Assembly: GCA_048772705.1 (NCBI GenBank) | Contig: JBLWGC010000033.1 | Coordinates: forward strand, 248,001 to 312,000 | Reading direction: 5' to 3' | Source: Leidyana gryllorum EB-2025a | Lineage: Eukaryota; Protista; Apicomplexa | DNA length: 64,000 nt | In this document: in pieces, positions 43,228 to 56,446 of the stretch | Position numbering within the stretch: position 1 is the stretch's first letter | Layout: every line of letters starts with the position of its first letter | Program-made: the position numbers and the translations under genes | Notes under the pieces: generated by a model | The model's input: the letters and a program-made list of their open reading frames with translations, nothing else | What the model was told of the DNA's origin: nothing | Databases searched by the model: none

Positions 43228-45284
43228 AGCGTGCTCCAAGTCTTCAAAGTTGGGATACGTGGGCGGCCCATTCTGTGCTGGAGCTTGAACCGTCACAGAC
43301 GGATCATCAGCCCGATGATGGGCATCCGGCATCGTTTCCCAACTGTGCGCTGCGCCACCGATCACTGGATCGTAGGGTATCCTTGAAGTACTTTTCGCAA
43401 CCACAGCAATCAATGCCCCAACGACTGACACTCCAATACCGCCACCAATGATCCATGAAACTATTGTAAAGAAACAAACATTACTTCCCTCCAAGGAACT
43501 TACGTCGACTCGGATCACGATACGCGGAACCGCTGCCAGCACCCACAGTTTGCCCTCCGCCGGCATTGATATATGGCAACACTTTGTGGCTTGTCCAACT
43601 CCACAACTGACTGTCGTTGACCAGTGACGGAGGCAGTTTATTCATCGATTGTGGGTCACCCCCGGATGCGGGCATATTGACAAGATGATCTGCGAGGCAC
43701 ACGTGTGTGTTTTTGGTAACAGATCACAGTGTTTATGACTCACCACGCGCTTGTATGTAATCGTCCACAGCGGCTCCAACGACTCCAGAGTCCTGCTGCG
43801 GGGGTTCGGGACGTTGATAGGCATTGTGGGGCGGACATTCGGCTGATACGAATCCAATGTAACTATTATCGCGATCGAAAATGACCTCCTTCTTCTTCAT
43901 GAAACTCATGCCCAATATCGTCTGCTTCCGACGATTGTTCTCGATTGCAGAGCACCAAACTCTGGATAATCAAATGTCAGGATGAGTGAGTTAATGATGG
44001 CTGCCTTACCGCTCAGTTTTTCTGAACAACCACGATTCCGCTGCCCATTCGACAACTCCTCCGTTTCTGATTGGGAGGTCTCGATGTGCCAGACTTTGGA
44101 CCTTACCCGAATTCTACGTAGAAGCTTGGGATACGAGCGAGATACTCCGCAACAGGTACACTTTCGTCTTTGAAATGGAAACACACAAGATCGGACTTGC
44201 CGCGGACACATTGTCCGGCTCGTTTATTGGGGTCGGAGATAGCATTGTTAGAATTGCACAAATCGACAAGTTCTCGGGCCAGGGTGTGGTAGATGTCATT
44301 GGGAAAGTAGGAGTAAGTAGTTCCGGAATCAACCAAAACATCCCCAAATCCGCCTTGAACGAGTACTTTAGCTCCAAGGCTTATTCTAGCGAGATCAATG
44401 GAGTAAGCAGAGTCACTGATCAATTTCACCCAGACAATCTCGGGTGTGGGACCTCTACCATTGTGGGCAATTTGCGGGGCCTGTACATTTTGGCCTCGTA
44501 GAAACTGACGGAACCAACCACCCAGGGCCATGTTGGTTTGCGATGTGGGATGGGAAAAACTCGCTTTGTGATAGGAGTTGTTGTATCCGCCCACCGAGAG
44601 GAGACCGCCATCTTCGGCGACACACAAAGAGAAGACTTTGCTGTTCACTTCTCGGGAGTTCATCAGCACATCCATCACTGTCGGTTGTCGCCCGCCCTTG
44701 GGAAACGATACCCCTAGAATACCGCTCGCTTGCTGCGTGGTAAATAGCACAGTTTCCCGCGTGTGGCATCCGATGTAGTCGTAAGTGACAAAGGTGTTGT
44801 GATCAACTTGATCACCCAACGCGATCTTATCGCTGAAGAAAAACCCTTCGATACTCGAGCCTTCGCTGTAGACTTGACTGTACAAACAGGTGTCCTTCTC
44901 GGAGGTTTTGCAGCTGCCTCTCGCCATACATCTCTTGTCATAGCACGAGTACCTCTCTGCCGTCCTGGATTGACTAATGTCAAACGGCTCATCCAGATGA
45001 TGACCACAATTACGCCCACAACCCGTACAGGAGAATCCCAACAAACTTGAACCAGAATCCAAAATAACAGATTGTCTTCGGGGAGGAGTTCCAACCAGCA
45101 CGTCTATAAAGTAGTAGGCAAAGTCATTTATTGACCCATATAAGGGTGCCACTTGCAGCCGTCGCGGTTCCCATTCGGATGCTAATCGCCTCCCAGGAAA
45201 CGCTCCCACACAAGGAGAATCAGCTTCATGATGATAGTACGCCCCTAAGACTCCGACTAACCCTCGCGCCAGCCACCACCTCAT
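43210..45284 (-). CDS. membrane-anchored pepsin-family aspartyl protease, ASP5/plasmepsin V-like (about 5 exons)
   Basis: Catalytic DSGS and DSGT, Cys-rich CTGCGRNCGHHLD insert, flap YSEGSSIEG, ILGMSF, RRL-containing prodomain and a C-terminal hydrophobic segment WIIGGGIGVSVVGALIAVVA. Confidence 0.85.
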
Positions 45285-45812
45285 TTTCCCCTCTTTTTTT
45301 CCACCCTATAAAACCCCCCTTCAGTTCCCCACTCCGATCCACCACGTCCAACACGAGCCTCCCTCCCCAGACTTTTGCCGACTCACGTTCAAACTCTCAT
45401 ACCCTTCAAATCTGCCGTCACATGCCCCAGCGGTCTTCTCAATTGACGTCTGCTGTCCCGATCTCCAGGGTCATGCCACTCGCCCGAAATCCCAATTGTC
45501 ACGTACCACAAGGCCTGCACAGACCTGTCGTCTGCCCTATCACAGCTAACATCTATATGTCGTTTCCGCCGGAAATGGCTAAAAGAAGGCTGTAGCACGA
45601 ACTAGGCGAGTCTGTGCGGTGTCTCAGTGCGTGCACACGATTTTACATCTTCATTTACACAGAGCCATCAAACTTGGTTGTAGACTGTTCGTAACCTTCG
45701 GTGGTATGATCTTGATTTGATAGTATTGTCCTGCATGCCAGCAGGTAGTCGATTGAGTGGCTAGATGAGGTAGCGTCGAATTCGTGGTTTGTATGTTAAG
45801 AAGACACTTCAT

Positions 45813-47435
45813 TTACTCGAATGGTTGTCCTCTTCGTGCGAACTGCTTGCGTAGGATGAACCAACGGATGAGTAGTATTATAAGAATGACGACCAATGCT
45901 GCACAAATGAGCACTAGCGACAGGTAACCTATGTATTTGCCCAATGACCAGACATCGCGCACCACCGTTTCAATTCTGACGGGCAGAGTTGAAGTGATCT
46001 CTTCGTTTTGGTAGACGGGTCCCTTCTGTAAGTCTTCCCCATCATTGGGGAACCATCCACCTTGACCGTAATCCGCCCAGGCGTCAGTTTCTCCTCCCAA
46101 GTTATCTAAGAGCTCTTCCATTGCACAGCGGTTCTCTGGCCCCTCGACATTCACCACCATTGGGACGACTCTGACAGTTTGGCCCGCAGATTGGATAGCC
46201 TCGAGGGTGGCTTCATCAGCGGCGCCAGCTCGAGCATTACCAACGGCGATCATTACAATCACCTCTCCATCGAATCTATCCAGGTCATTATCGTATATTT
46301 TCTTCAAGCATTGCATGATGGTGAATGCTCCATCATCCGAGTCTTCTTCAGAGTCACAGCTGTCGAGAGGCGTTTGAGGGTGAGATGCCCGGCCATTCTC
46401 GTAGTCGCTGAGGCGCGGTCTATAGGGCTCTGTGAGCATTTGGCTCCTGAAGCGGGCGTTGTAGTTGAAGTTCTGGGTTGGGTCCAAGCGGCATTGGTCT
46501 GCGGCTGAACCGAACGGAATAAGTCGAACTTCAACCTGACCCGGGACCATCATCGATTGCACAGCCTTTCGAAGGGCGTTCCAGGAGAGGATCTCGTGTC
46601 CAGGGGTTCTGTGGCAGGTTTGATCTGTTGAAAGAGTTCCCACTCACCTCGCGAAGTCGGTAATAAAGTCGATACGTCGCGGGACATTGTCTGTCCACCA
46701 GTTCCGTTTGTGGCGGTGGGGGATATATCCGCAGAGCATTGCCTCATATGCACTGGCGATGGCATCGGTGTTGAGCTCATAACCAACTGGGAAGTGAGTG
46801 ACATGTAAGGCGGCCTCATAACCGAGGGAGGCGAAATATTCCCTCCATGTCTCTCTAACTTGAATTGTTGGAACGTCTCCATCACTGGCTGCTCCATCGA
46901 TGACTGTCTCGCTCGGGACGACGACAAGAAATTGGTTGAGATCTTGCGGATTGAGAGTGGCTGTTTCCGGTGGGGTGATAGCAAAGTATACAGCCCGCGT
47001 ATCCTCAGCCTCGAAAGCCGCCATCCGCTCTCGTTGTGCTGCAGTGCCCACCATGTTTGGCTCGGACTTTATATCATTGGGATCTTGGGTGCACGGCCCA
47101 CTAGTGCAAGTGGGTCGATCTTGGCAGAATCCAGCTGCGGGGACCTCATCGGTAGGGAATCCAGTGACATCAGTCCATCGCGACGTCTGTTCGTTGAAGA
47201 ATAGGTAAGAGAAGGTGGTTGGATCACTCGACGTCCAGGTGTTGTGGTAGAGATAACATCGGTTGTCATCGTTGAACTTCTCGATGCTAATGGTGGGCGT
47301 CGGTCCGTCAATAGGCCCGCCGTCTGCAGCGCATGGACCACGAAGCAACTCGCTTATCCTAGCCACAAGGCTGGTGGTCTGCCCAACCACCAATGAGGGA
47401 AGGGTTACCAGACTCAAAAAGATAGGACAACGCAT
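45813..47435 (-). CDS. type I membrane/surface protein (2 exons)
   Basis: Signal-like MRCPIFLSLVTLPSLVVG, a 39-nt intron at 46609..46647, Cys-containing ectodomain, TM YIGYLSLVLICAALVVILIILLI and a short basic tail. Confidence 0.7.
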
Positions 47436-47483
47436 TTGCCACAAAATATAATCAATATATATATATTAGACGACGCAAGGCAA

Positions 47484-48506
47484 ATGTCTGTTCTGCAGAT
47501 ATGTTTGTTGATTCTCCTGATCTTTGCCAGTAAGCTTTGAGTGTGCACACTCCGCCCTCGATCTCTCCTTCTGCTTCTAGTCCTGCTCGTTGTGTGGGAT
47601 CGACTGCCCCCTCGCGTCGGCCTGCGACGCAAACTGGCCGTCGCCAGCTGGAACAAACCCTCCGATCCCACCATCTATGCCTCCTGTGACATTGATATCG
47701 AAAACGCACTCCAATTCATCAACTCTGTCAACCAATTGATCGCAACATCTGGCTACCAAGTACCTTTCAAAGTCACACTCACTGCCTTCTGTACCAGATG
47801 TGTCGCTCTCTGCATGGCCTCACACCCCCAAGTCAATGCCCGTCTCCTCCTTGGTAAACCTGTACAGCGACCCACTGTCGGCGTCTGTGTCTTAGCCTCC
47901 GTTGACGGCGTTAACAACGACGAACCCGCCGGACCCGATCCGGACCTCAGCCGTATACTAATTGACGAAGCAGACCACCAGACAATGGCCAGTACCGCAC
48001 TAAGGATTGAAAAGAAACTCGACTCCCTACGGTCTCGTACCGATGCTGAACAAGCGGCCTTACATTTGCTCCTATCTGTCTGCCCGCAACTCCTCTTACG
48101 TCCAGTCGTCAACTTGTTGGCCTGGGTCACTTCCTGTGCCGGACTGGGCGCACGCTGGATGAACCTCCGCCCACACCCCTTTGGCAGCCTGGTCATCACC
48201 AATGTTGGCACGTTCGGTGTCGATCAAGCCACAGTACCTCTCACAAGCTTCTGCCACGCCCCCACCTTCCTGTGTCTGGGAGCCGTACGCAAAGTCCCCA
48301 GAGTCGTGGAAGTCAACGGCAGAGATACCGTGGCCGTACGAAGAGTCATGAACGCTACCGTATCCTTCGATCATCGACTAGCTGACGGAGCCATCCTCTC
48401 GCGACTGTACTCACAGTTCCGCTCACTGGTGGAAAATCCCCAGAAACACTTCAACCCCACAGCCGAGGCTGTCCCCTATCCCCTCCCCATTAACGTAGAT
48501 AGCTAG
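47484..48506 (+). CDS. stand-alone 2-oxoacid dehydrogenase E2-type acyltransferase catalytic domain with N-terminal anchor
   Basis: ITNVGTFG, LCLGAV and SFDHRLADGA (HxxxDG). An exon from ATG 47484 plus intron 47530..47580 gives MSVLQICLLILLIFAILLVVW. Confidence 0.82.
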
Positions 48507-48529
48507 AGAGTAATAGAACTTTTTTGCAC

Positions 48530-49715
48530 ATGGCCACACGCGAAACGCCTGTCGGCACCACGCGTGAAGACTTGAGACGCAAGAGAGAGCTAGAAGAAGC
48601 CAGGAAGTCCGGCCTTATCCCTGCCGAGAAGGATGAGGAAGGCCGAGACATCAATCCCCATATCCCACAGTATATCGCTCGAGCCCCATGGTATTTGAAC
48701 AATGAGCAGCCTTCACTCAAACATCAACGCCGGAGTGATCAACAAGCCCGCGAAGATGAGAGTCGGATAGCACAATGGTACTCACGAGGAATTATCAAAG
48801 AGAGCGCTGCTCAACCCCGCAAATTCAAGCCAGGCTCCTGCCAAAACTGTGGGGCAACTACCCACAAGGCTGTGGACTGTTTAGAAAGACCTCGAGCTAA
48901 GGGGGCAAAGTGGACCGGAAAGGATATCGCGCCCGATGAGTATATACCAACCGAACAAATCGCTGAATTCGAAGCCAAAAGGGATCGTTGGGGAGGCTAT
49001 AATCCCGACACTTTCACTCAAATTGTAGAAGAATATCAACAAATTGAGGATGAGCAGAAGAAAAGGGCTGCCGAACAACAACCAGCCGAGGCTCCCAAGA
49101 AGAAACGGAGACGGACCAATGATGATGATAATGATAATGCATCTTCGTCAGAAGATGACGACTCGTCCAGTAGCGAAACAGAAGGCGGAGCTGATACCAA
49201 AATCAAAGATTTCGATGTCAGCAACGCGCCTGTCGGTACCAAAGATGACCGCACTCGAACTACCACCCGCAACTTGCGAATCAGGGAGGATAAAGCAAAG
49301 TATCTCATTAATCTGGATCTCGAGTCAGCCTTCTATGATCCAAAAACTCGCTCTATGAGAGGGGATCCCACCAAGGGCTTGTCCGAGGATGTCAGACAAC
49401 GGATCATTTATCGGGGAGATAATGCCATCCGCAATACGGGTGAAACTGGATTGGTGCGCGAGTACGACACCTTCGCGTGGGACGCCTATAAGCATGGGCA
49501 AGAAATCCATCGACAGGCCCATCCTACTCAGTTAGAGTTGACATATAAAGAGCAGAAGAAAAAGCGAGAGGTAAGCGCAAGCTCCAATACTGTTGTGTAC
49601 TCTATCTTCTTCACAGGCAATCAACGTAGAGCTCCGTAACGAGCTGCTGAACAAGTATGGCGGCGCTGAATACCTCCAAGTGCCCCAGGATCTCCAGCCG
49701 GAGAAGGAACCATGA
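48530..49715 (+). CDS. SLU7: pre-mRNA splicing factor SLU7
   Basis: INPHIPQYI..APWY, zinc knuckle CQNCGATTHKAVDC, KRDRW, RNLRIREDKAKYL, YDPKTRSMR. Intron 49571..49616 is followed by NKYGG. Confidence 0.93.
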
Positions 49716-49789
49716 TGTGAGCTCACACCGCACACACGTGTTTGGGCGCGCGGAGACATCTATATCAGTAATCCTTTGTTTTCAAGCGG

Positions 49790-50547
49790 TCATGTGTTAG
49801 CCTCTTTGATTTTGGTATTGGAGAAGGCCACTGCTGACATGGCATCTGGCATTCGTTCGATGGCGAACTTATGCTGAGTCACAGTCATGATCGGTACACC
49901 CGGTATTTTCCGGATTCTCTGTTTGAGTTCCTTATCGGAGGTTGCGACGACGTAGCAGCGGTGGTCTTGAACGCGTTTGACGATGCAGTCATCAGCATAT
50001 GTCCCTTTATGATTACACGTCAATCGTACAATGCGTGGATCGTTAGCTATCCGCAATGCCAATCTGAACCGGTGTCCCATCTTCTCCAACTCCCCGATGA
50101 CGCAGTCTGTAATTGTGGGGATACACTTGGCCATGAGGCAATCCATCATTCCTTTGAAGATATCCGTTTTGTGCTGAATGGAGAAGTTGATAAAGTTGGT
50201 ATCCATAAGAACTCGGTAAGGGGGGCCCAACTTGGCGTTGTAGCTAAAGAAGAGCGACGAGGGCGCTTGCTCTCTGCAGAAAGGATGTCAGATTGAGCTT
50301 ATTTCCGGCTGACTTACACTTGAACAACGGTCCCTTCACCATTCAAACCTTCTTTCTTCTTCTTATAGTTGGGTAGGGGTTCTTTCCGCTTCTTTTTTCC
50401 TGCCTCTTCGAGCTGAGCTTTGAAGGAGACTTTACTGGAGATACAATGATGGCTGGCGTTTCCCTATCTAATCACTCACAGTCTGTCATCGTTCTTCTTT
50501 ATCCTTGCGGCCTTTTGGACCTTGCGAAGCTTCTTGGCCTTGCCCAT
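49790..50547 (-). CDS. FCF1: rRNA-processing PIN nuclease FCF1/UTP24 (3 exons)
   Basis: MGKAKK, LGPPYRVLMDTNFINFS, CNHKGTYADDC, IRKIPGVP. Introns 50435..50479 and 50274..50317. Confidence 0.93.
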
Positions 50548-50564
50548 TCTATGCTAAAATTTTA

Positions 50565-51527
50565 ATGCTTTCCGGGTGCCAAGTTCTTCCAGCCGACTTC
50601 TATGAGCATCAGTTAGATCCTGCAGAGGCTGCGCGTTCGTTGATTGGGAAGATAATTTGGACAGATCGGAACAATGAGTTAGTGGGGCTTCAGATATTGG
50701 AGACAGAAGGGTACGGTGCTGACGATGACGCTTGCCACGCCTTCTTGAAACGTCGTACGAAACGCACGGCTGTTTTCTACGAGTCGGGGGGAAAGCTGTA
50801 TATATATAAATGCTATGGCTGCCATTTCATGGTGAACGTCATTTTCGGTCCCGTGGACGAGCCAATCGCAGTGTTGATTCGAGCGGGAGCACCCGTCTAT
50901 AACGCAGACGTGATGATGGCGCGGCGGTTAGCAGCCTCCCGCAGCCCGAAAGCGGCAGAGAAAAAATGGTCGCTCACCGAGGTCGCCCGGGGGCCCGGTC
51001 TGGTGGCCATAGTGCTCAACCTGGAAGACGCTGACTATGGATGCGATCTAACCCATTTTGCCAAGTCGCGAGTGTGCATCACGGAACCTCTGTCGGCCAA
51101 GTCGATAATGTCGAGATTATCTCTGAATGCGCAGTGCTCCACGCCATCAACTGTGGCGCAGGAAGAAGAGAAGGATGAAAGCGCCCTGGAGGCAGGGGAG
51201 GCTGTGGACGTGTCAGGCTCCTCCTCCTTGTCGACTTGCTGCAGCAGCAGCGACATACATCTTGAGAGAATTTGTGAGTACGAGGGTGAGGGGGGTTGGG
51301 ATGTGGCGGAGACGGTGGCCGGATGGGAGATTGGTGTTAGTCCACGTATTGGTATAAGTGGTTCGGATGCGGGTCTGCCGTGGAGGTTTTATCTCGTTGG
51401 TCATAAGGGTGTGTCTAAAGGTCCGATGAGTTGGGAACCTGTAGAGCGTGGGAAGGCGAAGCGAAGAGCTAAGGAGATTGAGAAGACAAAGATCGATGTT
51501 GCCAAAAGGCCACGTAGTAAAGTTTGA
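50565..51527 (+). CDS. MPG: 3-methyladenine DNA glycosylase (AAG/MPG family)
   Basis: ETEGY..DDACH, YIYKCYGCH, AVLIRA, RGPG, PRIGIS..LPWRFY. Confidence 0.9.
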   Translation: MLSGCQVLPADFYEHQLDPAEAARSLIGKIIWTDRNNELVGLQILETEGYGADDDACHAFLKRRTKRTAVFYESGGKLYIYKCYGCHFMVNVIFGPVDEPIAVLIRAGAPVYNADVMMARRLAASRSPKAAEKKWSLTEVARGPGLVAIVLNLEDADYGCDLTHFAKSRVCITEPLSAKSIMSRLSLNAQCSTPSTVAQEEEKDESALEAGEAVDVSGSSSLSTCCSSSDIHLERICEYEGEGGWDVAETVAGWEIGVSPRIGISGSDAGLPWRFYLVGHKGVSKGPMSWEPVERGKAKRRAKEIEKTKIDVAKRPRSKV

Positions 51528-51532
51528 TTCTG

Positions 51533-54500
51533 TCAGTGTAATACGAGCGGTGTATAAAAATACTCTTGTGGCTCCAGATATACTGTTGTTGGCGGACTGA
51601 GAGTACTGATATTATCGCGCGGGAATAAATCTTGGTTTCGGTTCAAACCGCCTTTGATACTTTCCCTTAGTCCCGGAAAATGCCACTCTGGAGACTGCCA
51701 CATATCCTGAGGAACACGAACTTGTTGATGAGCGGGATGGACTCGCATCCGCCGGCCAGCGGTCTGCTGGAACCCGCGCTCCATTGCAATCATTTGTACG
51801 CCTCCTTTCATTATCCCACGGAGCGCAGGATCCATTATCCCCACCGAACAGAAAGCTTGGACTGGTTGATTGCCCGTAGTCATCATCGGTGGGATCCACA
51901 CAGACTTGAAAGTCTCCTTCTTATCCTTTGGATTTCGTTTGCTGCGCCTCTTAACGGCATCCGAGGCAGACGAAACTGCAGATGACAGAGAGGACACTGT
52001 TGCCGACTCGGTTCCACTCGCAGAATCCCCTGATTTAACTGTCACCTCCTTCTTACCGCTGCCTTTCGGGGTTGTACCACTCTCATCGTCATCACGACGA
52101 TTCACAGGCGCAGCAGGGCGACTTTCAGTCAATTTTGGCACAGAATCTGTCAAACTCGAAGATGAAGAACTTCGCCGCCGTCCGTGCGATACTTTGGAGG
52201 AAGCAATGCTCGGTCGTTTCGACCCTCCCGCTACACTTCCACCCGTCGGCCGAGTCGGCCGCAGAGCCGGAGCCCTTCCGTCAGCAGAATTAAAGGCACT
52301 ACCTTGAAGGTCTGAGTGACCACCATAACCACTTGGCCGCCGTGATGACCCCTTCCGGTCGTCATATCTGCTGCCTCCACCGTACTGTTGTCCTGACCCG
52401 CCGCTGTGATCTCCGCCACCCATATTGTACGAGGCCGAAGGTGGCTGGTATTTTCCGCCATTATACATCCCCTGGATATAAGTCGGGCTCTCGCTGTGAT
52501 GCGAACTCCCATAGTGTGACCCTCGCCGAGACCCATTGTTGCTCTCTCTATTCATATTGTTGACCATTCCACCATATCGCCCTTCATTGGTCTGCTGTCC
52601 ATTGTATCTCGAACTGTTCTCATATCCACTACTGTGACGACTCTGAGGTCCGCGCCTCGATCCTGCTCGAGACCCTCCCGCATAACGACTTCCCTCGCCG
52701 CCACCGCCTCCGTAACGACTTCCCTCGCCGCCACCGCCTCCGTAACGACTTCCCTCGCCACCACCGCCTCCATAGCGGGAGCCTCCGCCCCCACCGTACC
52801 CAGACGCTTCTTTCAAGCCATACGGTGCACTGTCTCCCGTGTCCTCATACCGATGTGCCATTGTCTCCTTGTGGATTTGCCCTGCGCCACCTCCATATCG
52901 GCTCGACTCCGGGCCGAATTGGGAACTCGTTGGCTCAGTGTTCTCACCATATCGAGAACCACCGAACCGTGACCCTCGTCGAGACCCTTCCTTGGCAGCA
53001 CCAGGGGGTGGGAACTCGTTGGGCCGCATATTGTAGCGAGGCGAACTGTCAACAGGTGAGTCCGGAACATAGCGATGCGGGTCGGGACTCGGACTCGGAC
53101 TCGCAGCGGCATAATGACCCATTCCTACCCCGCATCCAGTGTAGTTGGACTGCACTATGGGGTGATGTTTGACAGTCGGTTGTGCGTCATAGGGCGCCAC
53201 GCCGTCTGAAGGGGATCCGTCATGCTGAGCCTCATGACGGAGATAGCTCGGCATATAACTCCCATGGCTCTCATGTCTGCTGGCAGGTCTCGATGACGCC
53301 ATGCTGCGTCGGTCTTCTTCATGAACCACACCTCTGCTGCCTCTTCGACTCCCAGCTCGACTTCCCACCCTGCTTCCTTCTGACTTGCGCTCCAAATAGG
53401 ATGTCGGATAACAATTAACAGGCGATTCAAGGCTACTTCGTTCACCACTCGATTTGCGATTGCTGGCAGGCGAGGGGACAACAAGATGGTGATGATGAGA
53501 GGAAGCAACACTTGATCGATGAGACGGTCGATAGGCCGCAGATTCTTCGGCTGACATTATTTCCAAGCGCGACGACTGCATTTCGTCTGGAGGAAGCTGG
53601 TAAGACACGCGTCTCTGGCTGGCCCCTGATCGCACACGTGTGTGCCCATTCTGAGGTGTTTGGCGATATTCCTCATACTCATCATCCGAGTCTGGCATTT
53701 CGCGCTGACTCTTAGACGCTGATGAGCGTCTGTCGGGAAAGGCTCCACGCAGATTGCTGTTAACCGAGCTACGGCGGCGTTTGCCAATGGTCGTTCCAGC
53801 GAAGGGGCCAGTGGTCTGGACACTCTGTTGAGACTCGCTGTGAGCCAGGACTTGTGGGAAGGAGACCCGGCGATCTCGAGTGGGGGACGGCGTGTTGTCA
53901 CTGAATTTCGCTTGTTGAGGAGCCCCGTAAGTGGGCGAGATGGATGAAGTGGCTGATCGTTTGTCAAGCTCACGGCCGCTCCGAGGGGAGCCGCCAATAC
54001 CGGAAGAGGAAGTCGGACTTCTCGGGACGGCGAAGCGCGCAGCAGGTGAAGGCTGATAGGCCTCCGACATGGGCACTTGATTCGACTCCGGGACAGAGGG
54101 GGCATAGGAATCGACACTCATGATGTTGTTACTGAGAGAGTTGAGAGGGGGAGCATACGAGTCCAGGACGACGAGGTGATTGTGGGAAGGTGACGGAGAG
54201 TCGGGTATGGCGGCGGACTCTTCGGATGATGAGGAATCGGATATGCGCTGAGACTTTCGAGAAGGAGCTCTGTGGAGCGCCGATGGAGGGGAAGCCATAT
54301 ATGTAGAATGAGGGCCTCCTGTGGGGATGGGAGGGCTGGATATGTCGAATATCTGTGGAGCAATTTTGGGAGTGACGTCTCCGTGTAGAGCGCGCGCCAG
54401 AGGTGAGGGGGCCAGAAATGGTGGTCGAGACGAATATGATTCGTCTCTGTGTAGATTATGGGGGGTGGAGAGACCATCGGAGTCCTCAGGTCCGACTAAT

Positions 54501-56246
54501 CGGGGTGGTAAGGTGGAGGGGAGGCCAATTCTTTGGTTCATCTCCGCTTCGGTGATAGGAGCGTGGGAGGAGCTCGAATGTCCTCGGTCCTGGCATCCCA
54601 TTGGCATGAGTCCCGAGCCTTGGGACGACGGGGAGCCTTGGCCCAGTTGACCCATAGCGACAATACCATGGCTCAGATTACTGGAACCAGCCGAGAGCAT
54701 TTGCTGCGCCAGCAATCCCGGAGAGTGTGTTTGGACGAAATGATTGGAGATCATAGAGTCTTGTTGGTTCAAAGCCCGCACCACGTTATGCGACAAAGGA
54801 CTTAGCGATTTTTGGACGTGGGCGATCAACAGGGTGCCGGGGAGCGGGGAGGTTGCGAAAGGCGTTAGTGAATCCCCCACTCCGGACTCCTCCAGGGTTC
54901 CGTAGCTGGGAACTCGGGCCGGTGGCAAGCCATATGGAGGCTCGAGAGTGCCAGCCACGGACCGGGAACCGGAGTGTCGGCGGGCGGCAGAAGCAACAGA
55001 GTCGTCCAGGGATCCGGCCGAAGCCGTAAGGGCGTGACGGCCGTGCGGCGGCGGTTTGAGCCTGGTGGGATAGAAAGATTTTGAGATGACAGAGAGCAAA
55101 ACGCGTCGTGTGTGCTTACATTGCTTCCGACTGGATGAGAGCGCTCAGCCCCGTGGCACTGATACCGCTCGGTTGAGTGTCCAACTGAGGGGCGAGCAGT
55201 GCATTGTCGTATTCCTCCTCAGCAGCGACAACAAGGTTCGCTGGAGGGAGTCTGGCGGGTGGAAGCGCGCTGGGAGACTCAGCATTGTTGAAGGGCGATC
55301 CGGCCAAACTGTGAGCGCCAGCCGCGTAGGGGGAGCCCCCAGCGACATAGGAGCTGCCAGCGGCCGACGATGCCGACTCCAGCAACACCGGATGGGGCGG
55401 ACTGGGCGCAATTAGTGTGGGAATGGCAGTCGCTGGTGAACCTGCTGCTCCACCACCACCCGCTGAATACGGTGACGACGGCGGCGGATTGTGTATGAAT
55501 TCGTTGGCAGCAGTATAAGTACTGCTGCCTGTGAGAGACGAGGGGGCTGTGAGGCCCAATGGCGATACTGTTGCGACAGGCGAGTGGATCGCAGGCACAT
55601 CGGGTACCGCGGAAGGTGACCTTCCAGTTGGACCCGATCCACCAGGTGAATATGAGGTGCTAATGGGTTCCGAACTGGAGAAGGGCGTTCCTTCTCGGCT
55701 GTCATTCATTGCTGCCGCGGGAATTTCATTCGAAGCACTACTGATCGATGATGAAGTAGTGTCGGTGTGCTGTTGCGGCACACCGGAGAGATCGACAGGA
55801 GGCACAATTGGAGGAGACATATGGTCGTTGGGCGCCCCCGGATGTAAAATTCGCGTCTCGATGGTATTTCTATGCATTGGTTGATAGCTTCGATGGGAAG
55901 AGGAGGCTGGGTACAGACTGGAAGGCGCGTGGTCATCATCAGCAATAATGCTGCCAGAAGTTGTGGAGTCAGGAACGATTGTGTTATTGTGCATTTGATC
56001 AAATCGAGCATCACTCATGAGCGACTCGCTCCCGGCCTCTGCCGAAGTATCAACACCGAGCAGATTGGCATCCAAAGAGCTGTTCTCAGCATAAAGATTC
56101 GCAGCTGTTTGACGCATATCTCCATGCGGTGGAGCAGAGGAAGGGACAGCAAAGTTCATATATTCGTCAGTAGGGTCAACGGTATACGAGTCAGGCGTCG
56201 CGCCGTCATAATTATCAGGAAAGTCAGCCATAACAGCCACCGTCAC
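51533..56246 (-). CDS. large Ser/Gly/Pro-rich intrinsically disordered protein (2 exons, about 1550 aa)
   Basis: Intron 55062..55119 joins ORFs 55116..56246 and 51533..55099 in frame. Confidence 0.72.
52681..52770. repeat. 3 x 30-bp coding repeat (GGGGGEGSRY)
   Basis: c[a/g]taacgacttccctcgcc[g/a]ccaccgcctc occurs three times. Confidence 0.92.
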
Positions 56247-56446
56247 GGGAGGATCCCTTGCGACAACATTGTCGACCTATCTCTCGTATGGAAATAATCG
56301 CCATTACTTATATGCGCTTACGGCCGGCGGGTCCTCTGCAATGTCAGGGGTGTGATGAGCCTGCCAGTCGTGAGTCGGTCCAGGCTGACATTCCCGCGTG
56401 CTCCTGTCTGAACTCATCCAAAAAGTAGCAAAAAAATATATGGGCT

